Part shown: positions 37,858-48,586 of the stretch, piece after piece
How the letters are laid out: every line of letters begins with the position of its first letter
How positions within the stretch are numbered: the first letter of the stretch is position 1
NCBI GenBank assembly: GCA_963740355.1
Contig: CAVUDW010000002.1
Location: forward strand, 1,952,001 to 2,016,000
Reading direction: 5' to 3'
DNA length: 64,000 nucleotides
Source of the DNA: an uncultured Gemmatimonadaceae bacterium
GTDB taxonomy: Bacteria; Gemmatimonadota; Gemmatimonadetes; Gemmatimonadales; Gemmatimonadaceae
Program-made: the position numbers and the translations under genes
Notes under the pieces: model-generated
Told to the model about the DNA's origin: nothing
Databases searched by the model: none
The model's input: the letters and a program-made list of their open reading frames with translations, nothing else

Positions 37858-38310
37858 AGTTCAGCATCGCTAACCGCAATGAGGGGGAGGCCACGGAGCT
37901 CACGGAGTGCGTCGAGGGCCACCGATCGTGATCCGCCACCCTAGTAAAAAGCAAATGAGGGGGAGGCCACGGAGCTCACGGAGTGCGTCGAGGGCCACCG
38001 ATCGTGATCCGCCACCCTAGTAAACAGCAAATGGGGGGGAGGCCACGGAGCTCACGGAGTGCTTCGAGGGCCACCTGAGGTGCTACGCCACCATCGCATT
38101 GCTTGAGAACTGCTGAACCCAAATCACCATTCGTTCGCGAAGCGCCGAGGGTTGCAAATGGAGCACTCCGTGAGCTCCGTGGCCTCCCCCCCAATTGCAG
38201 TTGAAGAAGGAAGCGAAACACCGCCGGTTGCCATTGGAGCACTCCGTGAGCTCCGTGGCCTCCCCTCCATTGCAGTTCAGGAAGGCCCGCGAAAAGCGAC
38301 CGCTCGCTAA
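37858..38310. repeat. Expanded family B element: three left arms (76-bp tandem duplication) and two right arms
   Basis: Left arms at 37881, 37957 and ~38032; right arms at ~38163 and ~38237. Confidence 0.9.
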
Positions 38311-38342
38311 AGGCGCCCTCAGTCAGCTCCGTCGTGGCGAAA

Positions 38343-38804
38343 TCAGGCCGCGCCCTTGACGAGGAGGCGGTTGACGACGGTGTGGACACCGATCGTGCCG
38401 CGGGTCAGGGTCGTCGCGTGGCGGACTTCTTCCGGGGCGTCGACCCAGCCGGTGAGCTCGATGATGCCGGTGCCGATGGCGCCGATGTCGATGGGACGAT
38501 CGACCAGAATCGGGTCGTTGCGGAAGGTCTCGAGCACACGCGCCTCCAGCTCCGCTTCGTCATCGATCGGACGACGCGGTGCACGTTCCGTCTTGAGCGG
38601 GCGCAGCGTGGCGTCGGGTCGGGTGCGACGCGGCGCAGGTTCGGGCGTCTCTCCGCTCGACACGCGGCGGCGCAAGCCGGCCAGCATACCGCGATCAGCC
38701 AGCAGGACGCCTACGGCCACGCCGGCGAGCGCGCCGAACAACACGGCACCCATCTTGTTCCCGGTGCCTGATTCCGATCGGTTCCGACGGCGCATCACTC
38801 GCAT
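38343..38804 (-). CDS. BON domain membrane protein
   Basis: TM helix, then DEAELEARV...IELTGWV...GVHTVVNRL. Confidence 0.85.
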   Translation of the reverse strand: MRVMRRRNRSESGTGNKMGAVLFGALAGVAVGVLLADRGMLAGLRRRVSSGETPEPAPRRTRPDATLRPLKTERAPRRPIDDEAELEARVLETFRNDPILVDRPIDIGAIGTGIIELTGWVDAPEEVRHATTLTRGTIGVHTVVNRLLVKGAA

Positions 38805-38961
38805 TGTGCTGTTTCGAAGAAAGTTGGCGATGAGTTAATATACGTGACCTGATACTTCCGAGCGACGTGCACGATGTGCGCCGCCGGCTTCGTGACCGTG
38901 AAGCGCAGCACTGGTCGGCCGGATCCTGCGGCTGCGTGCGCTTCGCCGCGCCCCCGATGAC

Positions 38962-40932
38962 ATGCCTGAGAACGCGTCCGCTCCGCTCCGCCTGACCCTT
39001 CCTGATGGCGCCGTTCGCGAGGTGCCGGCCGGCACGCTCGCGAGCGAGGTCGTCGCCAGCATCGGCGAGCGCCTGTTGAACGCCGCCGTCGCCGTGAGCG
39101 TGGACGGGGCGGTGCAGGACCTGCGCACTCCCCTCCGCGCCAGCGGTGCCTTCCGCGTCTACACCGACAAGGATGCGGAGTCGCTGCCAGTTCTCCGACA
39201 CTCGGCCGCCCACATCCTGGCCACCGCCGTGCGGCGACTGCGGCCCGACGCCCACATCGGCTTCGGGCCCGCCATCGACGACGGTTTCTACTACGACTTC
39301 GAGGTCGCGACACCATTTACCCCCGATGATCTCGCCGCGTTCGAAGCCGAGATGCGGAAGGTGATGGCGGAGAAGCTGCCGTTCGTGCGGGCGGAGGTCG
39401 GTCGTGACGAAGCGAAGGTGATTTTCGCCGATGATCCGCTGAAGCTGGAGCGCATCGACGACCTTGGACCGGACGAGATCATCTCGACCTACACCGATGG
39501 GCCGTTCACCGATCTCTGTCGCGGTCCGCACGTGCCGCACACCGGCTGGTTGAAGCACTTCAAGCTGCAGAGTGTGGCGGCCGCGTACTGGCGTGGTGAC
39601 TCCAATCGCCAGACGCTGCAGCGCATCTATGGCACGGCCTTCTGGAAGAAGGATGAGCTCGAGCAGCACCTGCACCGGATCGAGGAGGCGAAAAAGCGCG
39701 ATCACCGCCGTCTCGGTAAGGAGCTGGATCTGTTCATGTTCCATCCCTTCTCGCCAGGCGCTGCGTTCTGGACCGAACGTGGCACATCCATGATCAACTC
39801 GTTACACGCCTACCTGCGCGAGATGCAGCGCGACGGGTACCAGGAGATCAAGACGCCGCTCCTCTTCAACAAGGGGCTGTGGGAGATCTCCGGGCACTGG
39901 GGCAAGTACCGCGAGAACATGTTCCTCGTGCTCGACAATGAGACAGGTGAGCATGATCTGTCGTTGAAGCCAATGAACTGCCCGTCGCACCACATCTTCT
40001 TCGGTTCGAAGAAGCATTCGTACCGCGACCTCCCGCTGCGTTTCAACACGTATGATGTGTTGCATCGCAACGAGTTGTCCGGGGCGTTGTCAGGTCTGAC
40101 GCGTGTGCGGCAGTTCCAGCAGGACGATTGTCACATCTACCTGATGGAATCGCAGATCGTCGACGAGGTGCATCGCCTGGTGGAGATGATCCTTGGCTAT
40201 TACCGCACGTTCGGGCTCACGGCGCGACTGAAGTTCGCGACGCGCCCGGAGCAGCGGATCGGCACCGACGAGATGTGGGACAATGCAGAATCGGCGTTGC
40301 GCGGTGCTCTCGAGAGCACCGGGCTCCCGTATGAACTGAAGGTCGGCGACGGTGCGTTCTACGGGCCGAAGATCGACTTCGACGTGATGGACTCGATCGG
40401 GCGGGCGTGGCAGCTGGGCACCATCCAGCTCGACTACGCCGCACCGGAGCGGTTCGACCTCACCTACACCGGCGAGGACAACACCGCCCACCGGCCGGTG
40501 GTGATCCACCGGGCGATCAGCGGGTCGTTCGAGCGGTTCATGGGGATCCTGATCGAACACTTCGCCGGCGCCTTCCCGGTCTGGCTGGCGCCGGAGCAGG
40601 TCCGGGTGGTGCCGATCGTGGACGACTATGCGAGTGAAGCGCGGGCGGCGGTGGCTCGTCTGAGGGATGCGGGGATCCGGGCGACCTGCGACGACCGGAA
40701 CGAAACGCTCAATTACCGGATTCGCGAAAGCGAGCTCATGAAGGTTCCGTACACCTGCGTGGTCGGGAAGCGGGAAGCGGAGAATGGGACGCTGGCGGTC
40801 CGGGCACGGGGCGCGGACGGCAAGAAGCAGGAGGTGTTGTCGGTTGACGATTTCCTCGCGCGCATCCTCGATGAGGTGCGGACGCGGGCCCTACCCGATC
40901 TGGCTGCTGTTCCCGACGCTTCAACCAGCTGA
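38962..40932 (+). CDS. thrS: Threonine--tRNA ligase
   Basis: TGS domain, RHSAAH, DLCRGPH, RDHRRLG, KPMNCP and GAFYGPKID motifs. Confidence 0.97.
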   Translation: MPENASAPLRLTLPDGAVREVPAGTLASEVVASIGERLLNAAVAVSVDGAVQDLRTPLRASGAFRVYTDKDAESLPVLRHSAAHILATAVRRLRPDAHIGFGPAIDDGFYYDFEVATPFTPDDLAAFEAEMRKVMAEKLPFVRAEVGRDEAKVIFADDPLKLERIDDLGPDEIISTYTDGPFTDLCRGPHVPHTGWLKHFKLQSVAAAYWRGDSNRQTLQRIYGTAFWKKDELEQHLHRIEEAKKRDHRRLGKELDLFMFHPFSPGAAFWTERGTSMINSLHAYLREMQRDGYQEIKTPLLFNKGLWEISGHWGKYRENMFLVLDNETGEHDLSLKPMNCPSHHIFFGSKKHSYRDLPLRFNTYDVLHRNELSGALSGLTRVRQFQQDDCHIYLMESQIVDEVHRLVEMILGYYRTFGLTARLKFATRPEQRIGTDEMWDNAESALRGALESTGLPYELKVGDGAFYGPKIDFDVMDSIGRAWQLGTIQLDYAAPERFDLTYTGEDNTAHRPVVIHRAISGSFERFMGILIEHFAGAFPVWLAPEQVRVVPIVDDYASEARAAVARLRDAGIRATCDDRNETLNYRIRESELMKVPYTCVVGKREAENGTLAVRARGADGKKQEVLSVDDFLARILDEVRTRALPDLAAVPDASTS

Positions 40933-40935
40933 CGC

Positions 40936-42264
40936 ATGGCAAGTAGTACCCCCTCCACAACGGTCCGGGTCTCCGAACGACTGACGCCCTTGCGCGGTAT
41001 CGCCGCCATCGACGCTCAAGGGTCGGAGATGCCGCTGGACCCGGGGGAGCGGAGAATTTCAGCCTGGTCGCGGTTCTGGCGGGTCACCGACCCGGCGCTC
41101 CGCGACGCGGGGATCAAGGGCGAGCGGACCATTGCGAAGTTCCGGCTGATCGCCTGCCTGTTGCTCTTCGGGCTGCCGGTGCGCGCCGTGATGGTGCACC
41201 CGGAATGGCCGCAGAACTGGGTCGGCCTCTGCATCTCGACGGCCGGTGTCTGCGCGGGAGTGTTCTTCCTCTGGCTGACGCATCGCGATGTCGTGCGCCC
41301 GTGGATCGGCTTCGTGGCCTCGATGCTCGACGCGACCTTCGTCAGTACCGGCCTGGCCGCCTTCGTCGCGCTGGGAGTGCCGCAGATCGCCGTCAATTCG
41401 CATGTGATCTTCGAGGTGTATTTCCTCTGCCTCGCCGTCACCTGCCTGCGCTACGATCGGCGCATCTGTCTCGTGACAGGGCTCACCATCATCATCCAGT
41501 ACGCGCTGATCGTCTGGTGGGCGAGCAAGACGGTGGAGTTCAGCCCGGCGTGGGCCGACAGTGCCTACGGCAAGTTCGACATCCAGGATCAGTGGGGTCG
41601 CATCATCCTGCTGGCCGTCGCGACGGTGGTCAGCCTGACGATCGTGCTGCGCGTGCAGCAGTTGCGTGTGCTGTCGGTGCGCGATCGCCTCACGGGCCTG
41701 ATGATTCGCGGCTACTTCGACGAGCGCCTGAGCGAGGCCTACGATCGGGCGCAACGCTCCGGTGATTCGCTGGCCGTGGCGATGATCGACCTCGATTATT
41801 TCAAGTCCTTCAACGACCGCTTCGGGCACGCGGTTGGCGACCTGGTGCTGGCCTCGGTTTCGCGCGCGATCAAGAAGCTGGTGCGGGCCGAGGATGTGGT
41901 GGGGCGGTATGGGGGCGAGGAGTTGATCGTGATGCTGCCCGGTCTCGATCGGGCCAAGGCGACCGAGCGCATGGAGCGCATCCGCCGCGCGATCAGCCAG
42001 GTGCGGGTCGAGCTGGACACCTCGACGAAGTCCCCAGATCCGGCACAGCCGGAACTGTTCGCCGAAGAGACGACGGAATTCGCACGCAACGTGCTCACGG
42101 CCAGCATCGGCGTCGCGTCCTGGCCCGAGGACCGCGCCGATACGGTCGAAGCGCTGGTCTACCGCGCCGACTCGCGCCTGTTGAGCGCCAAGTCCACGGG
42201 CCGCAACCGCGTCGTGTCCTCGGCTGGCGGCACGGACGAATTCGCGATCCTGACTGCGTCCTGA
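40936..42264 (+). CDS. Membrane-bound diguanylate cyclase
   Basis: Multi-TM N-terminus; DLDYFKSFND.FGH..GD, RAED I-site, GGEEL. Confidence 0.93.
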   Translation: MASSTPSTTVRVSERLTPLRGIAAIDAQGSEMPLDPGERRISAWSRFWRVTDPALRDAGIKGERTIAKFRLIACLLLFGLPVRAVMVHPEWPQNWVGLCISTAGVCAGVFFLWLTHRDVVRPWIGFVASMLDATFVSTGLAAFVALGVPQIAVNSHVIFEVYFLCLAVTCLRYDRRICLVTGLTIIIQYALIVWWASKTVEFSPAWADSAYGKFDIQDQWGRIILLAVATVVSLTIVLRVQQLRVLSVRDRLTGLMIRGYFDERLSEAYDRAQRSGDSLAVAMIDLDYFKSFNDRFGHAVGDLVLASVSRAIKKLVRAEDVVGRYGGEELIVMLPGLDRAKATERMERIRRAISQVRVELDTSTKSPDPAQPELFAEETTEFARNVLTASIGVASWPEDRADTVEALVYRADSRLLSAKSTGRNRVVSSAGGTDEFAILTAS

Positions 42265-42294
42265 CGCTCCGCAGTTCGTCGATGCTCCGCCAGT

Positions 42295-42720
42295 GCAACT
42301 GCCTTGACGCAAAACAGAAGACTGCGATGGGGCAACAGCCGCAGCACTGGACCGCGGCAAAACAGCAACTGCTCATCGCAGAGGTGCAGGGGCGCAGAGA
42401 ACTGCAACGGCAACTGCACGGGCAACTGCCTTTAACGCAGAACGGATGAACTGCGATACTGCGACAGCCGCAGAACTGAACAGCCGCGGAACGGCAACAG
42501 CAACGGCAACAGCTTTGGTAGAGGGCCTTGGAATCGGGAGGACGGTGGGCGAGTTGTTAACAAACTGACTCTAATTATCGTCCTCCGGAAACCTTCACCT
42601 CGCGGACGCAGTTCTGCGGCTGTTCAGTTCTGCGGCTGTTGCAGTATCGCTGTTTCGCGGTTCTGCGTTAAGGCTGTTGCCTTTGCTGTTGTTGTTGCTG
42701 CTGTTGTTGATGTTGCCGCA
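42295..42720. repeat. Composite family C/D inverted-repeat element
   Basis: ttaacgcaga...gcgatactgc...ccgcagaactg (42432-42492) inverted at 42609-42672; AACTGC/CAACAG microrepeats. Confidence 0.85.
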
Positions 42721-42727
42721 GATGAAG

Positions 42728-43297
42728 TCACGCCATGTCGTATGCCTGACGCAGCCAGCCGATGAGCTCCTTGTCGACGTCCTTGGCAGTGGCGAGGCGG
42801 ACGCGGTGGGTGACCATGGCGTTCCAGGAACCGGCGGCTTCGAGGCGATCGACCGGTGCGACGCCTTTGAGCTTGATGCCGACGTCGAAGCGCGTTTTGG
42901 TCGATGGATGCAGTGTCGCGAATTGGGTGGTGCGGCGCAGGCTGAGGTAGCCCTTCTTCGGCGATTCCTCGATGTCCGACCCGAACCCGCGGATCGCCTT
43001 CATCAGTGCATCGAAGACTGGCCGCAGCTCGGCCTTGTCGCCGGCGAACATCTCGCTGACGAGGTCACTCCCTTCCGCGCGCATCGACGTCGCATCGCTT
43101 TTCAGCGTCTGGTGCGCGATGAGGTTGGCGTAGCCGTGCGTGATGCCGTGTTCGGCCTTGAGCCAGCTCACCAACTCGCCGTGTTTCGCCTTGCTGCTCT
43201 TCTTCGTGAGCCTGAGCCACTCGTCGATGGATTTGCCGGTCGTCGCCTTGAGCGACTGCACCATCTTTGCGGTTTGTTCTTCAGGAGAAGCGGGCAT
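42728..43297 (-). CDS. DUF4287/DUF5655 domain protein
   Basis: TGKSIDEW...KHGELVSWLKAEHGITHGYANLI; KKGYLSLRR..QFA...THRVRL...VDKELIGWLRQAY. Confidence 0.85.
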   Translation of the reverse strand: MPASPEEQTAKMVQSLKATTGKSIDEWLRLTKKSSKAKHGELVSWLKAEHGITHGYANLIAHQTLKSDATSMRAEGSDLVSEMFAGDKAELRPVFDALMKAIRGFGSDIEESPKKGYLSLRRTTQFATLHPSTKTRFDVGIKLKGVAPVDRLEAAGSWNAMVTHRVRLATAKDVDKELIGWLRQAYDMA

Positions 43298-43330
43298 GAT
43301 CGTTCGGCTCCGTTCTGGCGGGGACGACTG

Positions 43331-43670
43331 AAACTGCAAATCGCGGAGGCGCAGGGGCGCAGAGAACAGCAACGGCTAATGGCAACTGCGAAAGGCAACT
43401 GCGAACGGCATTAACGCAGAAAAGAAAGCAGCGATACTGCAACGGCCGCGGAACTGCACAGCCGCAGAACTGCAAAGCCGCAAAGCCGCAAAGCAGCAAC
43501 GGCACCATCGAGCCAGAAAACGTTGGGGGTGGACCTCGTGAGCGGAAGAGCGATGGGCGAGCTGTTCCCCGCGGCTCCGCGTCCCCCGCGGCTCCGCGTG
43601 AGTTTGTGTGGACCGTCAGGCGACGGGTGCGGCGCGTCAGCAGCACGGAACTAGCGGCTGCGCGAGCGCA
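43331..43670. repeat. Left C/D arm, spacer motif and family E arm (CCCCGCGGCTCCGCGTCCCCCGCGGCTCCGCG)
   Basis: 43339-43473 is inverted at 46711-46839; 43562-43665 is repeated directly at 48727-48920. Confidence 0.85.
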
Positions 43671-43874
43671 GAGTAGGGCTGCTAAAGCAGAGCTCGGCAG
43701 TCGGATGCCTGAGCACGCGCAGGAGCCGGTAACGGTGTCGACTCGGCGTGATACATTGGAAATAGACCCCCTGAGGCGCGCCTCGCTGACACGACGCCGT
43801 GTCGGTCGCCCTCACCGGAGCTGCCGAGCGCAGATGCTCCGCAGGCTTCCCGGTCTCTCCTTCCGGAGTGCCCT

Positions 43875-46541
43875 ATGTCTCTGTCTCGTTCGATGTGGCG
43901 ACGTGTCATCTTCGTCGTGACTGCGTCGCTCGCCCTGTCCGCTTCCGCCGCATCCTTGCTCCTCGCGCAGGCCACCGGTCGAGTCGTCGGCAAGGTGACC
44001 AGTTCCGATGGCGGCGCCCCGATTCTCGGCGCCACGGTGCAGCTGGTCGGCACGCCGTTCGGAACCATCACCAAGTCAGACGGCACCTTCGCCATCGCAC
44101 TGCGGCCCGGCGCCTATTCAATGCGGGTGCGCCAGATCGGCTTCGCCAGCAACACACAGGCGATCACGATCGTCGCCGGCCAGACCCTCACCCGTGACGT
44201 GCGGCTCGAGCGCAGTGCCACCAACCTCGAAGCGGTGGCCGTGATCGGTACCCGCGCCGAGGAGCGCACGGTGACCAAGTCGCCGGTGCCGGTGGATGTG
44301 TTCAGTGCCGTCGATCTGAAGGCGACCGGTCGCACCGAGACCGCGCAGATGATCCAGGCACTCGCGCCGAGCGTGAACTTCCCCCGCAGCGCCATTTCCG
44401 ATGGGACCGATGCCGTGCGTCCCGCGACGCTGCGCGGCCTGGGAGCTGACCAGGTGCTGGTGCTGCTCAACGGCAAGCGCCGTCACACGGCCGCGCTGGT
44501 GAACGTGAATGGCAACGTCGGCCGCGGTCAGTCGGCGGTCGACCTGAATGCGATTCCGGCCAGCATGATCGACCACATCGAAATCCTTCGTGACGGAGCG
44601 GCCGCGCAGTACGGTTCTGACGCCATCGCCGGTGTGATCAACATCGTGCTCAAGTCGAATGCGCCGAGCGAGATGAACTTGCAGTCGGGCGTGACGGCGC
44701 TGGGTGATGGACGCGTGTGGCAGGGGAGCGCCAACACCGGTGTCGCCAACGGCAGTGGCAGCTACTTCCACACCGGCTTCGAGTTCCGTGATCGGCAGAA
44801 GACGGATCGCTCCGCAGCTGATCCGCGCACGCAGTACTTCGCCGGTGATGCACGCGAGGCGACGATCAATCGGTTCAACAACACCTACGGCGACGCGCAG
44901 ACCAGTGACCTCGTGGGCATGCTGTCGGCCGGCACGACGCTGGGCAAGGGCGTGGACTTCTACGCCTTCGGTGGCACCAGCCGTCGCAAGGCGACCGCAC
45001 CTGGCTTCTGGCGCCGGCCGAATGATGATCGCACCATCCGATCCCTGTATCCGAACGGATTCCTGCCGCTGATCAACAGCACGCTCTGGGACGGATCGGG
45101 CGCGGTTGGCGTGAAGGGCAATGCGATGGGCTGGAAGTGGGACCTGAGCCAGACCGTCGGTCGCAACTCGCATAACTTCTTCATCAGCAACACCAACAAC
45201 GCCTCGTTCGGCAACGCCAGCAAGACGGCCTATGATGCCGGCACGCTGATCTTCAGCCAGGCGACGTCGAACCTCGACCTGTTCCGCGAAGTGAAGGCCG
45301 GAGTGGTGCCAGTGCGCCTCGCGGCCGGTGCGGAATGGCGGAAGGATCAGTTCCAGATCACGCAGGGTGAGCCGGGTTCGTGGCAGGACGGCAAGGTGCC
45401 GGTGCTGGATGCGAACGGCAATCCGACGTCGCGTGTCGCGGCCGCGGGTTCGCAGGTCTTCCCGGGCTTCCGGCCGACGGATGAAACGAACGAGTCGCGC
45501 AGCAACACATCGCTCTACGCCGACGTGGAGTCGGACCTGACGAAGATGCTGCTGGTCGGCGGTGCGGTGCGGTACGAGAACTACACCGACTTCGGCAGCC
45601 AGACGACGGGGAAGGTGACGGCTCGCTTCGCGCCGATCCAGCAGTTCGCGGTGCGCGGCGGGTACAGCACGGGCTTCCGTGCACCGTCGCTGCAGCAGAG
45701 CTGGTTCACGGCCACGAGCACGAACTTCATCAACGGCGTTCCCTTCGAGATCCGCACCTTCCCGGTCTCGAGCCGGCCGGCGCAGTTGCTCGGCGCCAAG
45801 CCGCTCACGCCTGAGAAGAGCAAGAACCTCAGTGCCGGTGTCACGATGCAGCCGATTCCGGCGCTCAGCATCACGGCCGACTACTACAAGATCGACATTG
45901 CCGATCGTGTGGTGCTCTCCGAGAACCTGACGCAGACGGCAGTGCGCGACTTCCTCGCGGCCAATGGGCAACCGGGGATCGGTGGTGGTCGCTTCTTCAC
46001 CAACGCCATCGACACCCGCACGACGGGCGTGGATGTGGTGGCGAACTACGGCCTCAACTTCGGCAAGAACGGCATCCTTCGCCTGACGGCCGGCGCGAGC
46101 ACGAACAACAACAAGATCACGGCCCAGAAGCAGGTGACACCACCGGCGCTGGCAGCCTTGAACGACGCACTGTTCTCACGTGTGGAACGCGGCCGCATCG
46201 AGAAGGGCCAGCCGCGCAACAACTTCGTCTTCAGCGCTACGCATGAGGTGAGCAAGTTCACGCTCAGCGCCCGCACGCAGCGTTTTGGCGAAGTGACGAC
46301 GTACGGCACGACGGCCGCCAATGACCAGACATTCAGCGCGAAGTGGATCACCGACGCATCGCTCGGCCTGGCACTGCGCGAGAACGTGCGGTTTACGTTC
46401 GGCGCCGACAACCTGTTCGATGTCTATCCGGACAAGACGATCGCCGTCAACAGCAACAACGGCATCTTCCCGGTGCCGGCCGGTGCGCCCTTCGGCATCA
46501 ACGGTCGCTTCGCCTACGCTCGCCTGAACGTTCGCTTCTAG
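43875..46541 (+). CDS. TonB-dependent receptor with carboxypeptidase-regulatory-like N-domain
   Basis: Plug (SPVPVDV, LRGLGADQVLVLLNGKR, IEILRDGAAAQYGSDAIAGVINI), TGFRAPSL, DNLFD, terminal Phe. Confidence 0.96.
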   Translation: MSLSRSMWRRVIFVVTASLALSASAASLLLAQATGRVVGKVTSSDGGAPILGATVQLVGTPFGTITKSDGTFAIALRPGAYSMRVRQIGFASNTQAITIVAGQTLTRDVRLERSATNLEAVAVIGTRAEERTVTKSPVPVDVFSAVDLKATGRTETAQMIQALAPSVNFPRSAISDGTDAVRPATLRGLGADQVLVLLNGKRRHTAALVNVNGNVGRGQSAVDLNAIPASMIDHIEILRDGAAAQYGSDAIAGVINIVLKSNAPSEMNLQSGVTALGDGRVWQGSANTGVANGSGSYFHTGFEFRDRQKTDRSAADPRTQYFAGDAREATINRFNNTYGDAQTSDLVGMLSAGTTLGKGVDFYAFGGTSRRKATAPGFWRRPNDDRTIRSLYPNGFLPLINSTLWDGSGAVGVKGNAMGWKWDLSQTVGRNSHNFFISNTNNASFGNASKTAYDAGTLIFSQATSNLDLFREVKAGVVPVRLAAGAEWRKDQFQITQGEPGSWQDGKVPVLDANGNPTSRVAAAGSQVFPGFRPTDETNESRSNTSLYADVESDLTKMLLVGGAVRYENYTDFGSQTTGKVTARFAPIQQFAVRGGYSTGFRAPSLQQSWFTATSTNFINGVPFEIRTFPVSSRPAQLLGAKPLTPEKSKNLSAGVTMQPIPALSITADYYKIDIADRVVLSENLTQTAVRDFLAANGQPGIGGGRFFTNAIDTRTTGVDVVANYGLNFGKNGILRLTAGASTNNNKITAQKQVTPPALAALNDALFSRVERGRIEKGQPRNNFVFSATHEVSKFTLSARTQRFGEVTTYGTTAANDQTFSAKWITDASLGLALRENVRFTFGADNLFDVYPDKTIAVNSNNGIFPVPAGAPFGINGRFAYARLNVRF

Positions 46542-46619
46542 TAGTTCGTGGTACCTGGCGCGGCGCATCGATCCTCTTCGGTGCGCCGCGTCCTGTTTTG
46601 CTCTTGTCGCGAGGTGAGG

Positions 46620-46850
46620 TGGGTGGGCCTCGGACGCGGAAGCCCGGTGGGCGAGCTGTTCACCCCCAATGTCGGCCCCGCAAGCGCATCGACCGACCGA
46701 ATCCGCTCACGTAGTTCTGCGGCCGTTCTGTTCCGCGGCTGTTGCAGTATCGCCGTTTATCTGTTCTGCGTTAAGGCCGTTTGCAGTTGCAGTTGATCGT
46801 GCGGTTGCAGTTCTCTGCGTCTCTGCGCCTCCGCGATTCGCAGTAGCAGT
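46620..46850. repeat. Spacer motif and right C/D arm
   Basis: Reverse complement of 43339-43473; similar to 42521-42672. Confidence 0.85.
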
Positions 46851-46882
46851 CGCCGTGCCCCGCAATGACCGGAGAATCGTCG

Positions 46883-48457
46883 ATGACAAAGCAGCTTCCG
46901 CGCCTCGTGAGCCGCATCGTATTGATGACCGTCGCCAGCTGCATGGTCGGCAGCGAAGGCGTCGCGCAGGTGGCGCGGACGGGGGCGGGGGTGGTGCGGG
47001 GGGATGCGCCTGGGGCGGTGATTGCGCCGGAGGTGTATGGGCAGTTCGCCGAACATCTGGGACGCGGGATCTACGACGGTGTGTGGGTCGGGCCCGACTC
47101 GCCGATCCCGAATACGCGCGGCTTTCGGAATGACGTTGTCGCGGCGCTGAAGGCGATCAAGGTGCCTGTCGTGCGGTGGCCCGGCGGGTGTTTTGCCGAC
47201 GACTATCACTGGCGCGATGGCATCGGGCCGAGGGCGGCGCGGCCGGTGCGGGTGAATGTGTTGTGGGGCGGGGTGGAGGAGTCGAATGCGGTGGGGACGC
47301 ACGAGTTCTTCGATCTCGCGGAGCAGATCGGGGCGAAGACCTACGTCGCCGGCAACGTCGGCACTGGTACGCCAGCCGAGATGGCGCAGTGGGTCGAGTA
47401 CATGACGTCGCCCACCAGGTCCACAATCGCCAATGAGCGACGGACGAATGGGCGCGAGACACCCTTCACCGTAAACCTGTTCGGCGTCGGCAATGAGACG
47501 TGGGGCTGCGGTGGCAGCATGACGGTCGAGCACTACGCCGATCTCTATCGCAACTTCGCCGAGTTCGTGCGGTCACCGCAGACGCCACGGATCGTGAAAG
47601 TCGCGAGTGGCTCGAACGGCGGTGACTATCACTGGACCGAAGTGATGATGCAACGCGCAGCCGACCAGATGGATGCACTGTCGATGCACTACTACACGGT
47701 GCCGACAGGGAACTGGGACAAGAAGGGCGCCGCGACCGATGGCGGTGAGTCGCTCTGGATGTCGACCATGGTGCAGGCGCTGCGCATGGAGGATCTCGTC
47801 AGCCGGCACTCGGCGATCATGGACAAGTTCGATCCGAAGAAACGCGTCGCGCTCTACGTCGATGAATGGGGAGTCTGGCACGACGCGGAGCCGGGGACGA
47901 ATCCTGGCTTCCTGTATCAGCAGAACACGCTCCGCGACGCCGTCGTGGCTGCGGTCACGCTGAACATCTTCCACGCCCACGCTGATCGTGTGCGGCTGGC
48001 CGCCATCGCGCAGATGGTGAACGTATTGCAGGCGATGATCCTCACCGAACGTGACAAGATGGTGCTGACGCCGACGTATCACGTCTTCGACATGTACACC
48101 GTCTTTCAGGGTGCCACCGCGCTCCCGGTCACCATCGATGCTCCGCGCTACACACTCGGCAAGGACACCGTACCGTCGGTCAGCCTCTCCGCGGCTCGCG
48201 GCACTGACGGCGCCGTCCATGTCGCACTGGTGAATCTCGATCCGACCGCCGCGACCACCGTCACCCTCCGCCTGCCTGGCGTTTCGGCGACCAAGTTCAC
48301 CGCCCGCATCCTCACCGGCGCCACGACCGCCGCCCACAACACCTTCGCCTCGCCCACTTCCATCGCCCCGTCCCCCTTCCGCGACGCCACTCTCGCCGCC
48401 GGCACGCTTCGAGTGTCGCTGCCCGCCAAGTCGATCGTGGTCGTGACGCTCAAATAA
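46883..48457 (+). CDS. Alpha-L-arabinofuranosidase, GH51
   Basis: [34 protein letters not shown] and DEWGVW motifs; GGAG RBS. Confidence 0.95.
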   Translation: MTKQLPRLVSRIVLMTVASCMVGSEGVAQVARTGAGVVRGDAPGAVIAPEVYGQFAEHLGRGIYDGVWVGPDSPIPNTRGFRNDVVAALKAIKVPVVRWPGGCFADDYHWRDGIGPRAARPVRVNVLWGGVEESNAVGTHEFFDLAEQIGAKTYVAGNVGTGTPAEMAQWVEYMTSPTRSTIANERRTNGRETPFTVNLFGVGNETWGCGGSMTVEHYADLYRNFAEFVRSPQTPRIVKVASGSNGGDYHWTEVMMQRAADQMDALSMHYYTVPTGNWDKKGAATDGGESLWMSTMVQALRMEDLVSRHSAIMDKFDPKKRVALYVDEWGVWHDAEPGTNPGFLYQQNTLRDAVVAAVTLNIFHAHADRVRLAAIAQMVNVLQAMILTERDKMVLTPTYHVFDMYTVFQGATALPVTIDAPRYTLGKDTVPSVSLSAARGTDGAVHVALVNLDPTAATTVTLRLPGVSATKFTARILTGATTAAHNTFASPTSIAPSPFRDATLAAGTLRVSLPAKSIVVVTLK

Positions 48458-48470
48458 ACCCGCGCGTGTG

Positions 48471-48575
48471 GTCCACACTCTGCACGCGCGTGCCGCGCCG
48501 GCGGTCCCTACTCTGAACGCGCGTACCGCGCCGGCGGTCCCTACTCTGAACGCGCGTGCCGCGCCGGCGGTCCAC
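48471..48575 (+). repeat. 33-bp tandem repeat, three copies
   Basis: cctactctgaacgcgcgt(a/g)ccgcgccggcggtc, no spacers. Confidence 0.9.
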
Positions 48576-48586
48576 ACTGCAAAACT

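Noticed and set aside
37776..38389. valS N-terminal extension and the 137-aa ORF at 37976-38389
   Set aside because: These are translations of family B repeats.
44118..45971. Long antisense ORFs (also 3149-4522, 13750-15324, 41059-42360, 52459-54261 and others)
   Set aside because: Shadow frames of high-GC genes with no recognisable motifs.
48471..48575. Possible CRISPR array
   Set aside because: Units are contiguous with no spacers, and there are no cas genes.
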